From Camelus dromedarius (taxonomy: Eukaryota): DNA of 64,000 bases. The notes below the pieces were generated by a model. That model had not been told where the DNA came from and ran no database searches. It saw only the letters and a list, made by a program, of their open reading frames with translations. The stretch spans positions 66,714,001 to 66,778,000 of the forward strand of contig NC_087437.1 of assembly GCF_036321535.1 (NCBI RefSeq), written 5' to 3'. Shown here piece by piece: positions 38,601-52,055 of the stretch; position 1 is the stretch's first letter, and the number at the start of each line of letters is the position of its first letter. Position numbers and translations under genes: made by a program.

Positions 38601-41600
38601 TTATTCTGAATAAAATTGGTTCTGTTACAAAAATACAGTGGAGACAAGAACTAGCTATCTCTGCTGAAGTACATCAAAATATACTGTAGGTTTTTGTGCC
38701 CTCTTTCTGGTTACTTAGTAGTGCTGTGGTAATCTTGTTGCAAAAAGTGTTCTCCATAGTTGGGTATATAAAATAACAGTTCAGGATAGTCAAATGACCT
38801 GGTAGGTAAGTGGCTGGCAGTGGCAGATTTGGATGGGTGATGGAGATATGCTCTAGAAGAAAGAAGACTATTGTCCTGGGTAGATTATATATGTGGCTGG
38901 GACTTAAGTGGTTAAAAAAAACCTCCCTGGCCTGTTAAACATAGACTGGAAATGTGTACAAAATCTTCAACATAGTATGAGAAGGGAGTAAACATTTTTA
39001 TTTTAAATATTTGTGTTAACTATTAAGAATTTTTTTTCCATGTTGACCACCTATTTGCCTAAAATCAGGTGAAGAGAAATTTTGTTTCTTTATTTAAGAA
39101 TTATAATGATTTAGTGTCAAGCTATATGCTTTTTCTTTTTTTTTTTTAATAGTCTTTTTTCCTACCTGGATTATGGGTTTATTGAGCATAGGAACTCAAC
39201 TTCATCCATCCTTCTTTGGCCATGCGTGGTGTTATAAAATGAGAAGGCTCAAATAGATGATTTTTAAGGCTTTTTCCAGCTATGTATTTCTATAAGTAAA
39301 TAACTCATTATTCTAACAGTGACACTGGCAAATACTTTTTAAAATATTTACCATATTCTTTGTAAGTGTTGATGTATTTACTCTTCCTAAAAGAAGGTAG
39401 ATACTACTGTATGACTCCCATTTTATAAGTTAGAAATAGGAGACCTAGAAATTATGAAAATGGCTTAAAACCGCATGTGACAGAGTGAACACTCAAATCC
39501 AGCCATATCTGTTATGGTTTATATCCTGTATTTATTACATATTTACTCCATAAATACTTGTTGGGTTTCCACTTTGGTATCCCATGAAAACTTCTCATTT
39601 GTTGAATTTTCAGATTAATCAAAGAGTTATGCTCACAGTCAACCATTTCTGATGAGAATTTTTATAAAAATCCCTTACTAATATTGCCTGAAACGAAGCG
39701 AACCAGTGCTTCTCTCAGAATCAGAAAGCTGTTGCTATGGCTGCTGACTCCAGAATTATGCTTCCTTTGCTCTGACTTATACCACCCGAAATGGGTGCCT
39801 TTTACCCTGCCCCTCTCCCCACTTCACTCAGCTTATGTGATGCCTGTGGTTGGCAGAAATTAAATCTAATCTATCAACTTTAGTTACAAGAAAGTTTGGA
39901 AATGTAGTTTTGAGCTTTCCAGTCACTACAGTAGAGGAAAGTGCACTTAAAGAAGGTTGTCATGCGGACCGGCTCACTTATTTGCCACATATGATCCTTG
40001 CTCACACAGAGCTTAAAATTTAATTGTGGAGCTAAGAGTAACATATGTGAAATAGCAAATAAGATTTTAGCCCATGAATCTGAAAAGGGCTTCTCACATC
40101 AGTGAGCTGTTAAAGGTGAATGGCCTGCCAAAGACCCAGTTACTTCGCACCACTGAAGTTATTCAAGCACAGCAGGCGGCAGCTTGACTGGGGTGTTTTA
40201 GAAGGGACTTCTATCTCAACTAGTGGTTTGTCTCTTACAAGTTTTCTTCTGTTATGCGTTGCCTGACTCAGAAATTCGTCAGATTTATATATTAGGTTTG
40301 AATTAATAGACCCCCAGACATTAGCCATAGAATCCCGTGAATTTGCTTATATTATTTTGGAGGAGTAGGGTGAGCAAGGAAGAGTCTATCAACTAAGAGG
40401 GGATAAATAATTTTTAGAATCCAGAAAACTTAGCGGGAAAAGGAAATGGTCTGAGGAGTGGTAGCCCAGCCTCTTGACATTCTGACTGCTCTACCTTTGA
40501 AATGTATCCCAAATCTGGCATCTCCATTGCTACTGACCCTGTTCAATTCATCATCTTTTCTCACTTGAATTAAAAGAAATAGCTTTGTAACTGATCTTGC
40601 CCCAATACAGTATAGTCTGCACATAGCAATGAGTGTGACCATTTAAATATACAAATACAATCATGGCACCCTTTGCCTAAAACACTCCTATGACTTCCCC
40701 TTAGCCAAAAGATACATAAACTCGATCTCTTATTGCTTATTATCTCTCCAGCCTTCTTGCTGATTTTCAGACATACCAGGCAAGTATTTTCTTGCCTTAG
40801 AGCCTATGTGATTACTTTTTCCTCTGCCTAGAACTCTCTGCTCCCGTATCTTGTCACGGCTGGTACTTTTTTGTCATTCAGCTGTCAGCTGAAATACCAC
40901 CTTCTCAGAGATATCCTCCCTAACCACCAATTTAAATTGGCTCTGCACCTCCCTTCCCAGTTGTTATTTATCACTCTTTTATTTCTTACCCGCAGCATAA
41001 CTGTTTGGACTGCTTTTGCTTGTTAGCCCTTTTATTATCATTGCCCTTCCCCCTTAAGCAAATTCATTAAAGATGTGAGTTTAGCTGCTATAATGGTATC
41101 TAAAACAGAATAGAAGCTTATTTCTCTATTTAATAAAAATCAGGCAAGTGATATAGGGCCACAGTGGCATCTCTTTGTATCTGTTGCTCTGCCACCTTCA
41201 ACATGCTTTTTCCAAACACCATGGTCCAAAGTAGCCGCTCCAACTCCTGTCATCGCATCTGGCTGGCAGGAAGGAAGAAAGGAGAAAGAAACAGCTCTTT
41301 GCTTTGAGGGCATGCCTGGGAAGTTGTACTCATCACTTCCCCTCATGTCCATTAGCTACAAGTAGTTTTTGCAAGGGAGGCTGGGGAATGAACCTTCAGT
41401 CAGCTAGGAATCAGTGCCCACTTAAATTTTGTGATCACAGAGGAGACAACTAGTTATCTCTGCCACTGCCTATCCCTCTCATACTGCAGCAAATAGTAAG
41501 ATCCAGGAGAGCAGGAACCTTGTCTTTCTTCAGCATTGTTTCTACAGTATCAAGAAGACTACTTGGCACATCGTGGGTGCCCAGTACGTATTTATTGAAA

Positions 41601-42152
41601 GAGTTAATTGAGGAATTCTGGAAGAAGGACTGTGGAAACTTATAGACCTTTTGACCATCAAAATGAAAATGTATCCCAATTTTGTTTGTTGCTAATGACT
41701 TTTCATTTTGTTTATTATCATAGTATACAGACTTAGAACTAGAAGGAACCATACATAGCATCTAGGTAATGCTGTCATTTCATAGGAAGAAGAGAGCAAA
41801 CATGACATGTTTCTAAAGTTAAGGAGAAAGACTGAATGTAATTGATGTATCAGTGAGTAGAGAGTTCAGGTTAGCAGATGCTCAATTAGATTAACATAAG
41901 CTTTCATAAAGAGAGACCAACAACAGTAACTCTTGAAGACTGGGAATTTAAATTTGACACTCTTTATAAATACGGCATTTTAAATAAATTATTCTTACCA
42001 TAATTCTGCAGGTTATCACTTGTTAACCCAAAGCTGTAATCTTTTCATTTAAGGTGATAAGAAGATCTTTTGAGGGGGCAGACCCTTTCATGTAGTAGTT
42101 CCAACTGGGTACACACATTTCTTCCTGATACAGTTGTTTGTTTCTCTTATAG

Positions 42153-42236
42153 AATTTTCATCTCATTGATTACCACCTAGCAGCATTCATTACCGTCATG
42201 CTTGCGCGGAGGCTTGTATGGGCCCTCATCTCAGAG
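42153..42236 (+). CDS. TMEM39A: TMEM39A exon 4 ([28 protein letters not shown])
   Basis: TTATAG| acceptor, GAG|GTAACA donor, 84 nt. Confidence 0.95.
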
Positions 42237-42255
42237 GTAACAGCTCATTCATATT

Positions 42256-42439
42256 CTTCTTTTTTTTTTTTTTTTGAGCGAAGGTAGATTTATTTAGAGA
42301 GATACATACTGCATAGAGTGTAAGGCAAGAGAAAGGCCACAAGGTGTGGGGGTTGGGTGCTCAGGTTAAAGTAAAAGTACATACACACTCCATAGACAGA
42401 GTGCGGGCCATCTCTGAAGAAGAGGGAGCGAGAGAGGCC
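42256..42439 (-). mobile_element. Short polyadenylated retroposon with LTR-like body and 15-bp TSD
   Basis: TSD CAGCTCATTCATATT at 42241-42255 and 42440-42454; poly(T) to 42275; AATAAA on minus strand at 42294-42289. Confidence 0.85.
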
Positions 42440-45400
42440 CAGCTCATTCATATTTTATCACTGGTAGCTAGAGTTAGTTAGTAGAAGGGGTTCTGAAAAT
42501 GTGAAATGTCCAAGTATAATTTGAATGCAATTATAAATTAATTTCTTTACTGTCACATGAATTGTGCTGGTTCTTTAAAAGATTTTCTTAAAATGTATTT
42601 AAAATTCAAGTGTGATATAACTCAAGAGAACTGTTAGAAATCTCATTTGTTTGGTAGGAGCTTATTTCTAGCTTCCGAGTTCTTCAGTGCAGTCTTTCTC
42701 ATTTTGATAGCTACAGTAAAAATAAGATGGATTTTAAGTAACTATTGATATGAAGAGTTATATGTAAATGAACAGTTGCATATAAAACATTGTTTCAAGT
42801 AACATTCACTTGAAATTATTTATATACTATTTGTGGAGTTGCCAGCAGAGACATTGGTTTGAGTTCACTAAAATGTGGAATTTAAAAATGACAGCATCCA
42901 GATTTGCATAGGACTAATCTGGAAGGTTAGTACCTTCAAATTTAGTGGGCAGTGGAGAAAAGAATTGGGACATTAATATGATCTTTTTATGAAATGACCA
43001 TTGGTATCTTTTTTTATATATATTTGTAAACCCAGTGAGGGAGGTAAATGTGTTTTCTTTAAGATTTTATCTTATGTCCTGTAAATGATTACAAAAACAA
43101 AAAATGTTCACTTAGCTATAGTGGCTAATAATTTTAATCTTGAAGTTTATAATTCAGTGTTAAATTTTGAATGAATAATTGCTATAATCACAGAGTCAAC
43201 TTTTTTTCCCAAAACATACAGTAAAGTCTGTGTATGTAAGATCTTTCAGGAACCTTATTTATGTGAGCACAGAATAATTGCAGATATTAAGTCATAATCT
43301 GAGATCTGTTTAATGTTAGCTTAAAAACATTAGTAGTAGGATCGTCTGTTTTTCATGGTGGCAAAGGCTGTCAATAACCTTTTCTCCTAGGTCCCTTATT
43401 TAGGTCATGAAAATAGATGCTCATTTTTGGACATATTGAGAAACTGTTCTTTCTTTAGAGGAAGTTTTATGTTTACATCTGTTAAAACGGGCAGAGAATG
43501 ATGTTGTTTCGTATCTTCAGTTACTTAGAAACAGTACTTACATATGTCAAATTAGTATGTCTAATTAGTGTGTAAACCCTTTATAATTGGAGTTTCTACT
43601 TTGGAGCTACAAGGGCTATAACTTGAAGGACTCTATTGTTTCTTTTATTAATGGCTTAAGAATAGTTTAACAGCTTTTGCATGACCTTAGTTGGAAAATA
43701 AACTAGTTGTTTTCTAAGGAAACCTGTCATTCTTACTGAGAGCAAAATTCTTAAGCTAAATTTAAATAAATTTCTAGTCAGAGACTTAATTTGTACCTTA
43801 ATCTATCAGAAAGGGAATGTTTAAATAAAGTATGGCATATCTACATAATGGAATAGCATGCAGCCATTAAAAGTGAAAGTGCCTTTGTGTACTAACTTTT
43901 AAGATATTAAGTGAAAAAAAGTAAATTGCAGAACTGTGTTTAAAATAAGACAGGTGGAAGGAACAAAATATATTTGCTTATATATGAATAAATTATCTCC
44001 ATAATGACACACAAACTAGTAATTGGCTATTTAGTTAATGACTGGGAGAGAGGACCGGTAGGAGGGACACTTCATTACAAACACTGTATATGTTTTGTAT
44101 TTGAGCAATGTCAATATATTACTATTCAGAAGTCAAAAATATGAGCTGTATAGTGATTCTCTTCCTAAAATGTCTAAATTAGATGAGTAAGACCCATCAT
44201 AAATCATCTTTCCTTCCTTCTGTCAAAAAATGTTTGCCTTTTTTTGGCTTATACCACAGACAGGCTCTCTACCCTGAGAAAGACCAATCATTTTTAAGGA
44301 GAGGCTGGGCTGGAAATAATTAATTTAGAAAAGTAAATACTACCCCAGGAAGAATACCTGTCTAACTAGATAGACTGTTTATTCACCTCCAGGCCAATTC
44401 TACTTCTCTACTCACTCCACAAGACAAAAGTTATTCAGCTATTCTTTCACCAACCATAGGCCACTGTCTTTCTAAAAAAATTGTTTTTCTAAATAGAAAA
44501 GTAATACATTTTATTGGAAAAAAAAGAACAGAAAGCACTAAAATATAAAGGAGAGAATTTTTTTAATGGTTTATTTTAAAAATATTTATTTTCTCATTAT
44601 GAGAGAACCACATTTTGGTATATTTCCTTCTAATTTTTAGATGCACACAGAGAAAAAAATACATGTGTATCTTTAGGACATTATCTGTGTATTGTCTGGT
44701 TATATAGGACATTATCTGTACACAATTTTATATCCTGTACTTCTCACTTAACATAGTGTTAGAAATATTTTTCTACTCCTTACCTGGCTAATTCTTGCTT
44801 ATCTTTTAGATCCCAGCTGAAATAGTGCTTCCTCAGGAAGCCTTTCCTGGATTAGGGTCTCCTGGTATTTAGTCTCAATAGCAGCCTACTCTTTTCCTAT
44901 AGCACTTACCACAAGTGTAAAAATAATTGTGTAAATTAAGTTTAATATTTGTCTTCCTTGGTTGGGCAGTCTCATAAAGACAGAGGTTTTATTTGTCTTG
45001 GTTACCACTGTATCCCCAGGACCTGGTATAGTGTCTTGTCACACATAGATACCACAGTGGTTAAGAGCTTGGGCTCTGGAATAAGGCAAAAATGATGACT
45101 ACCTCCAACCTCTGCTGCCCTCTGGTGACACTGAGCAGAAGCAGCCTTTTCTATGCCTAACTCCAAACGTTTGCGAATGGAGGCAGTGGAGTATTTTCAG
45201 TGGTTTAAATGCCTTCCCTTGGCTTTGACACATGCAGTACATTGGCATGAGGTGTGTATCTGGGGAGTGACGTGCAACTGTTTGTCCTGCTGTGGCTGAG
45301 CACAGTTTGATCCTACTCCACAGTTTGAGGCTCAAGCAGTAGTATTAATTCAGCTAATTCTTTGATTTATAAATGACTACATAAATAGCATGTATTTATA

Positions 45401-46398
45401 AATATTATACATGCTATGTAGTGTTTTGGGTGAACTAAGAAATGGATATATAGGAGGAACCTGAAAAATTACTCATCCCTTACCATGTGCTGTTGACTGT
45501 AGAGAATTGTTTTCTGGGTTCTGACACTGCTTGCTGTTTTAGAGGTTATAGGAATCTATCATTTTCCCCTGCATCTCACTCATTCTCTCCTTCTTAGTTC
45601 ATTTTGAAAGAAAATAACATTGCAGAGCTTCATGTTTAGACAAGTATGTTTTCTTTCTATATTTGATCAGTTTTAAAGATCTGGGATTAAAGAAGAATAT
45701 TTGAACAGCTTTGATGTAAATAATTGGAAGTGTGATCATACATTATTTTGATGTTTGTGAAAGTCAAAAAAGAAACATTTATTAAGAGATTTGTCAAAGA
45801 AGATCTGATTATTTTTTGAAGCCTCAGTAATTTATTAAACATTAATTCAGCAAACAGATTGTGGGGAGGATTCAAAGAAAAGTAGAAACACTGTAGCTTC
45901 TGTTGAGGCCATTGCAGCCTAGTCCAGAGTCAGATAAATTAGTGGCTCACTATCTTTATATATATATAAATCACCTGATGGGTTGTAAAACTACAGGCTC
46001 CTTGACTTGTGATTTTGTTCCCTGTATCTAGTGATGAAGGTCAGTAGGAATTTGCATGCTCAGTAAGTAGCCCCAGGGATTCTGATGAGTGTGGTTCATG
46101 GAACATACTTTGAGAAGCCCCAATATAAATAAATTAGACAATATCATAAGAACTTAAAGGAGATCTGTGTGAGGCACTATGGGAATACAAGAAGAAAACA
46201 ACTAACTGGAGAAGTCTGAATCTTCAGGAATGAGGAAGATATGGTGGGATGAGCAGTTTTTCTTCTTTTCTCCCTTCCTTCCATTTTTTTTAATTTCCAC
46301 AGTTCACCTTCCACTAAATCTACTTAGTCCTTGGTTGAGTCACATAAATGACAAAGGTCATTTATAAACTGTTCTTTTTGGTGCTTCCAAACTTACAG

Positions 46399-46553
46399 GC
46401 CACTAAGGCGGGTGCAGCATCAATGATTCACTACATGGTTCTGATATCAGCTCGCTTGGTGCTACTTACTCTGTGTGGATGGGTACTTTGTTGGACGCTC
46501 GTCAATCTCTTCCGAAGCCATTCAGTCCTCAATCTCCTTTTCCTTGGCTACCC
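46399..46553 (+). CDS. TMEM39A: TMEM39A exon 5 ([52 protein letters not shown])
   Basis: TTACAG| acceptor, |GTGAGT donor, 155 nt. Confidence 0.96.
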
Positions 46554-47029
46554 GTGAGTACTCCAGTTATTTTATTTTGTTAGTAAGTCTTCTAAGAAAT
46601 TATTTGGATCATGAAAATGATAGTGTATAAGGGAGGAAAATGAAATTCTTAAATATAAATCAAGAGTATCAAGAGTTCAGAAAATTGGAAAAATCCATGG
46701 GTAGAGTGACCATGTAATTTATTTCCTAAACTGGGATACAATTGGGACAGTAGACATAAACCAAGATTATCCCAGGAAACCTGGCAGGTATGGCTCTCTT
46801 AGCAATGGAGAATATTTTCATTAGCTCTGGTCACCAAATAAAGCCGCCAGGTAATGCCTATATTGGCTCAAATGGTGGTGAACATTAGTTGAACGAACTG
46901 ACTTAACCAGTCTTAACCTTTTGGTCAAATTCCTTTAATCTTTGGATTCATGTAATATAAGTATGCCATATTCAAGCCCTATAGATTTTACACTTTTTTG
47001 AATATTTTATGAAAACCTTTAAACACAAA

Positions 47030-47970
47030 ATTGAATTTTTCAGCAAACACCTGTGTAACCCCCACTTAGAGTCTACCTATAAATATTTTACTATTATTGC
47101 ATAACATACATCTGTCCTTCCATTCTTCTGTCCCTCTATCAATCCATCTAACTTCGGTACATTTCAAAGTTAAATTGCAGACCTCAGTTTACTTCTCCCA
47201 AAATATATCAGCATATGCCTATCAATAACTAGAGTTGGATATTTGTTTAGTCTTTTCTTTTCCAGTAAAATTCATACACAGTAAAATTCATAGAACTCTT
47301 GTGTTCATTTGCTGAGTTTTGATAAATGCATGTATCTGTGTAACTCAAAGCCCCATCCCAGTATAGAACATCACCATTACTGCAGAGGTTCCTTCATATG
47401 CTTTTCCAGTCAAACCTTACCCCTGCCTCCCAGAGGCAACCACTGTTTTGATTTTTTTTCTGCCATAGATTTGTTTGCCATTTCTAGAATTTCATGTAAA
47501 TGGAACCGTACCATATGTGCTTTTGTGTAAGCCTTCTTTGACTCAACATGTTGTTTTTTAGATTTGTCCTTGTGGTTGCATGTGTCAGTAATATTTCATT
47601 GTATGAATATACTACAGTTTGTTTATTCTCCTATTGTTGGACACCTGGGTTGTTTCCAGTTTTTGACTACTATTAAAAATAAAAACTTACGCACATTCTT
47701 ATGCTAGCATTTTTTTGTGAGGATACCTCTTCCTTCTCTTGAGAGAAGTATCTAGGAGTGGCATTGCTAGGCCACAATATAGGAGTATGTTGGAGTATAT
47801 ATAGTTTTATAAAAGTCTACCAGACTTTTTCCCAAAGGAGTGGTGTCACTTTATCCTCCCATCAATTCTGGAAGAGTCTGGTTGCTCCATGTTTTTGCTA
47901 GTAGTTTATGTTTTCCATTTTTAAAATTGTAGCCTTCCTGATGGTTGTTTAGTGGTATCTTATGGTACAT
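47030..47970 (-). mobile_element. Old L1M fragment(s)
   Basis: CCCAGAGGCAACCACTGTT...TAGAATTTCATGTAAATGGAA...GGACACCTGGGTTGTTTCCAGTTTTTGACTA typical of an antisense L1M 3' region. Confidence 0.65.
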
Positions 47971-48562
47971 ATTAGCTTATTACACTAACTATTTTGCATA
48001 TTTTTAGCTTGTATACTTGTATACATTTGGCTAATACTTTCTTCGTCAGATATTAATAGATTGCAGTAATTTATTAAGCTATTATGGTGTGTTAAGTGTT
48101 CGGCTAGGTGGGTGTTTATAAACATCACCTCATGAAATCATCACAGTAACCCAGGATGTAGCATATTTAGTCTGCTGTAACAAAGACAAAATACTAGTGG
48201 CTTTAAAAAGTTAGAAGTTTATTCTTCTCTCCTGTACAGTATATATGAAATGTATCATGGATAGTGGTGGCAGCTCCTTAGTGTCAAGACCTAGGTTCCT
48301 GCTGTCCTTTTGCTCCACCCTCCCTAGCAGCATAGATTGCAAAGGAGGCTGGAAAATAAGTCTTTAGCAGGGCAGCTGTATCTCAACTAAAAATTCTGTT
48401 GCTATGGAAGAACAGAACAGTGGCTATTGGCAGAAAATTAGCAGTCTTTGCCATAGGTTAAAATGGATTAAGTGATTAAAAAACTTTCCCGTGGTTAGAC
48501 AATGAAGAAGGACTCAGGTCTTTTGGATTCCAGGGCCCTTGTCTTAACCATCAGTCTAAATT

Positions 48563-48748
48563 CAGTGTTTCTCAAAGTGTGGTTTACAGAACAACAGCAT
48601 CAGCATCACCTCGAAATTTGTTAGAAATAGAAATTCTCAGAATCTACCCCAAACTGAAACTGAAATTCTAGAAAGTAGGGCTCAGCAGTTTGTCTCTTAA
48701 CAAGCCCTCCAGATGATTCTGATGCTTGCTCAAGTTTGAGAATCATTA
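48563..48748. mobile_element. MER5A-like hAT-Charlie element
   Basis: CAGTGTTTCTCAAAGTGTGG...CAGCATCAGCATCACC...TTAACAAGCCCTCCAGATGATTCTGATGC...AAGTTTGAGAA. Confidence 0.75.
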
Positions 48749-49388
48749 CTTTATACCATTTATGGTGCTGAAGTGTAAGCATGTATTTATATGGGTAGTC
48801 ACAGTGTAAAGTAAAGGCATACTCAGAGATTGTGCAGCCAAGTTGGCAGGAATAGTCATTCTAGCGGTTCTTTGTTAAGTCTAATAATATTGCTTAAACA
48901 GTTATTTAAGGCACTCATCAGCTCAGTTCATAGAGTGAACTTTATATGTTATAAACATCATTTTTCATGATTCGTATTTCTTATAAGGTGTATGCTATAT
49001 ATTTTACATCAGTTTCTGTATTTCTGTATTAATATTTCAGCTGTTTAAGTTGGAAACAAATGGTTTAGTTACTCTGTTTACCAACAATAGCTGGTTGAAT
49101 CGTTTAGAAGGTTAGCCATATCTAGCTTGGTACGGATATATTAAGGAATATTTTGGCCAGACTGGAGAGGAGTACAATCCCCATCAAAATGGCTAGCAAA
49201 CTTTTTCATGTCTTTTTAGATATATAAAGAAGCTTACTCATTCTTGGAGGCTCTCCACAGCCTTGTAAAACAATGAAACAAGTATGTAATTGAAACAAAT
49301 TTTAGGTCTAAATACATTTACCTTCTTTACTTTTTAAAAGATTTATAATCTAACTTTTATCTAATTTCAATTTAAAAACCAACTATCA

Positions 49389-49440
49389 GAAATAGACACA
49401 ACGTAAATTGACTGTACTTCAATAAAAAATATACATACCC
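49389..49440 (+). mobile_element. Extremely 5'-truncated L1 3' tip (~50 bp) with TSD
   Basis: GAAATAGACACAACGTAAATTGACTGTACTTCAATAAAAAA resembles the 15308 L1 end; flanked by AAAAAC(C)CAACTATCA at 49374-49388 and 49441-49456. Confidence 0.7.
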
Positions 49441-49968
49441 AAAAACCCAACTATCAAAAATTTAAAATACTAGGTAACTAAGTTAAAATATTAAGGCAAT
49501 TAGGACTTTCAAGCTAACTTTCATTTTCTTTCACATTTGCTTTAATAAATGCATCATTATTCGTTAAAAATTAAAATGCTAGGCAGAAGCTGTAACTACA
49601 TCTTTATTTTCTTATCTATTCATTGGTTAACAAAAGGGACTCCGGCCTCTTTTTTGTTTCCTTTTTTTTTTTGTTATTATTTTAATTTGATTCTCAAATA
49701 GCTTCTCAATTTAGTGTAAATTAGTCAAAAGACTAACAGTTGTAGCTCTTACATATATCTTGAATCTGTCCACTGCTCTTCATAATCTCTGCTATTATAA
49801 ATCTCCATCTGGTCTTCTGGTAATCTATTCTTGTCATCTTCCACACTATTTTTCATTGTAGCCAGAATGATTTTCAAGGTGGAAGTTGAATTATGTTACT
49901 AACCCTCTAAAATTCTTTGAATGAATCATTTTCTTTACCTTACAAAGCCCTCCATGCTCTAAACCTTT

Positions 49969-50283
49969 TTTTTAAACATTTTTTATTGAGTTATAGTCAT
50001 TTTACAATGTTGTGTCAAATTCCAGTGTAGAGCACAATTTTTCACTTATACATGAACGTACATATATTCATTGTCACTTTTTTTTTTTTTGCTGTGAGCT
50101 ACCACAAGATCTTATATATATTTCCCTGTGCTATGCAGTATAATCTTGTTTATCTATTCTACATATGCCTGTCAGTATCTACAAATTTTGTACTCCCAGT
50201 CTATCCCTTCCCACCTCCCTCCCCCTTGGTAACCACAAGTTTTGTATTCTGTGTCTATGAGTCTGTTTCTGTTTTGTATTTAT

Positions 50284-50320
<37 letters not shown>

Positions 50321-52033
50321 CCACACATGAGCTATCTCATATGGTATTTTTCTTTCTCTTTCGGGCTTACTTCACTTAGAATGACATTCTCCAGGAACAT
50401 CCATGTTGCTGCAAATGGAGTTATATTGTTTTTTATGTCTGAATGGTATTCCATTGTATAAATATACCACATCTTCTTTATCCAGTCATCTGTTGATGGA
50501 CATTTAGGCTGTCTCCATGTCTTGGCTATTGTAAATAGTGCTGCTGTGAACATTGGGGTGCAGGTGTCTTTTTGAAGTAGGGTTTCTTCTGGATTTATGC
50601 CCAGGAGCGGCATTTCTGGGTCATATGGTAAGTCTATTCCTAGTCTTTTGAGGAATCTCCATACTGTTTTCCACAAACTGCATTCCCACCAGCACTGTAG
50701 GAGGGTTCCCTTTTCTCCACAGCCTCTCCAGCACTTGTCATTTGTGGGTTTTTGAATGATGGCCATTGTGACTAGTGCGAGGTGATACCTCGTTGTAGTT
50801 TTGATTTGCATTCCTCTGATAATTAGCGATATTAAGCATTTTTTCATGTGCCTATTGATCATTTGTATGTCTTCCTTGGAGAATTGCTTGTTTAGGTCTT
50901 CTGCCCATTTTTGGATTGGATTGTTTTTTTCATATTAAGTCGTATGAGCTGCTTATGTATTCTGAAGATCAAGCCTTTGTTGGTTTCATTTGCAAAAATT
51001 TTCTCCCATTCCGTAGGTTGTCGTTTTGTTATACTTATGGTTTCCTTTGCTGTGCAGAAGCTTGTAAGTTTAATTAGGTCCCATTTGTTTATTCTTGCTT
51101 TTATTTCTATTGCTTGGGTAGACTGCCTTAGGAGGACATTTTTGAGATGTATGTCAGATAATGTTTTGCCTATATTTTCTTCTAGGAGGTTTATTGTATC
51201 TTGTCTTATGTTTAAGTCTTTGATCCATTTTGAATTTATTTTTGTGTATGGTGTAGGGGAGTGTTCTAGCTTCATTGATTTACATGCTGCTGTCCAGTTT
51301 TCCCACCATTTGCTGAAGAGACTCTATTCCATTGTATATTCTTGCCTCCTTTGTCGAAGATGAGTTGACCAAAAATTTGTAGGTTCATTTCTGGGCTCTC
51401 TATTCTGTTCCATTGGTCTATATGTCTGTTTTTGTACCAATACCATGCTGTCTTGATTACTGTAGCTCTATAGTATTGTCTGAAATCTGGGAGAGTTATT
51501 CCTCCAGCCTCTTTCTTTTTCTTCAGTAACATTTTGGCAATTCTAGGTCTTTTGTGGTTGTGTATAAATTTTATTATGATTTGTTCTAGTTCTGTGAAGT
51601 ATGTCCTGGGTAATTTGATAGGGATTGCATTAAATCTGAAGATTGCCTTGGGCAGTATGACCATTTTAACAATATCAATTCTTCCAATCCAGGAGCATGG
51701 GATATCTTTCCATTTTTTTAAGTCTTCTTTAATTTCCTTCATCAGTGTTTTATAGTTTTCTGTGTATAATTCTTTCACCTCCTTGGTTAAATATACTCCT
51801 AGGTATTTTTATTACTTTGGGTGCTATTTTAAAGGGGATTGTTTCTTTACTTTCTTTTTCTGTTGATTCATCATTAGTGTAAAGAAATGCAACTGATTTT
51901 TGAACATTAATCTTGTAACCAGCTACCTTGCTGAATTCTTCGATTATTTCTAGTAGTTTTTGTGTGGACCTTTTAGGGTTTTTTTATATATAGTATCATG
52001 TCATCTGCATATAGTGACACTTTTACCTCTTCT
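49969..52033 (-). mobile_element. 5'-truncated LINE-1 (~2.06 kb; ORF2 C-terminal part with frameshifts + 3'UTR)
   Basis: ORFs 51272..51778, 50892..51275 and 50332..50862 translate to L1 ORF2 ([49 protein letters not shown]); imperfect TSD TCTAA(A/G)CCTTT. Confidence 0.92.
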
Positions 52034-52055
52034 TCTAAGCCTTTGTTGGTACCCT

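Noticed and set aside
50911..51363. 150-aa plus-strand hydrophobic ORF
   Set aside because: Antisense frame of L1 ORF2, a common artefact
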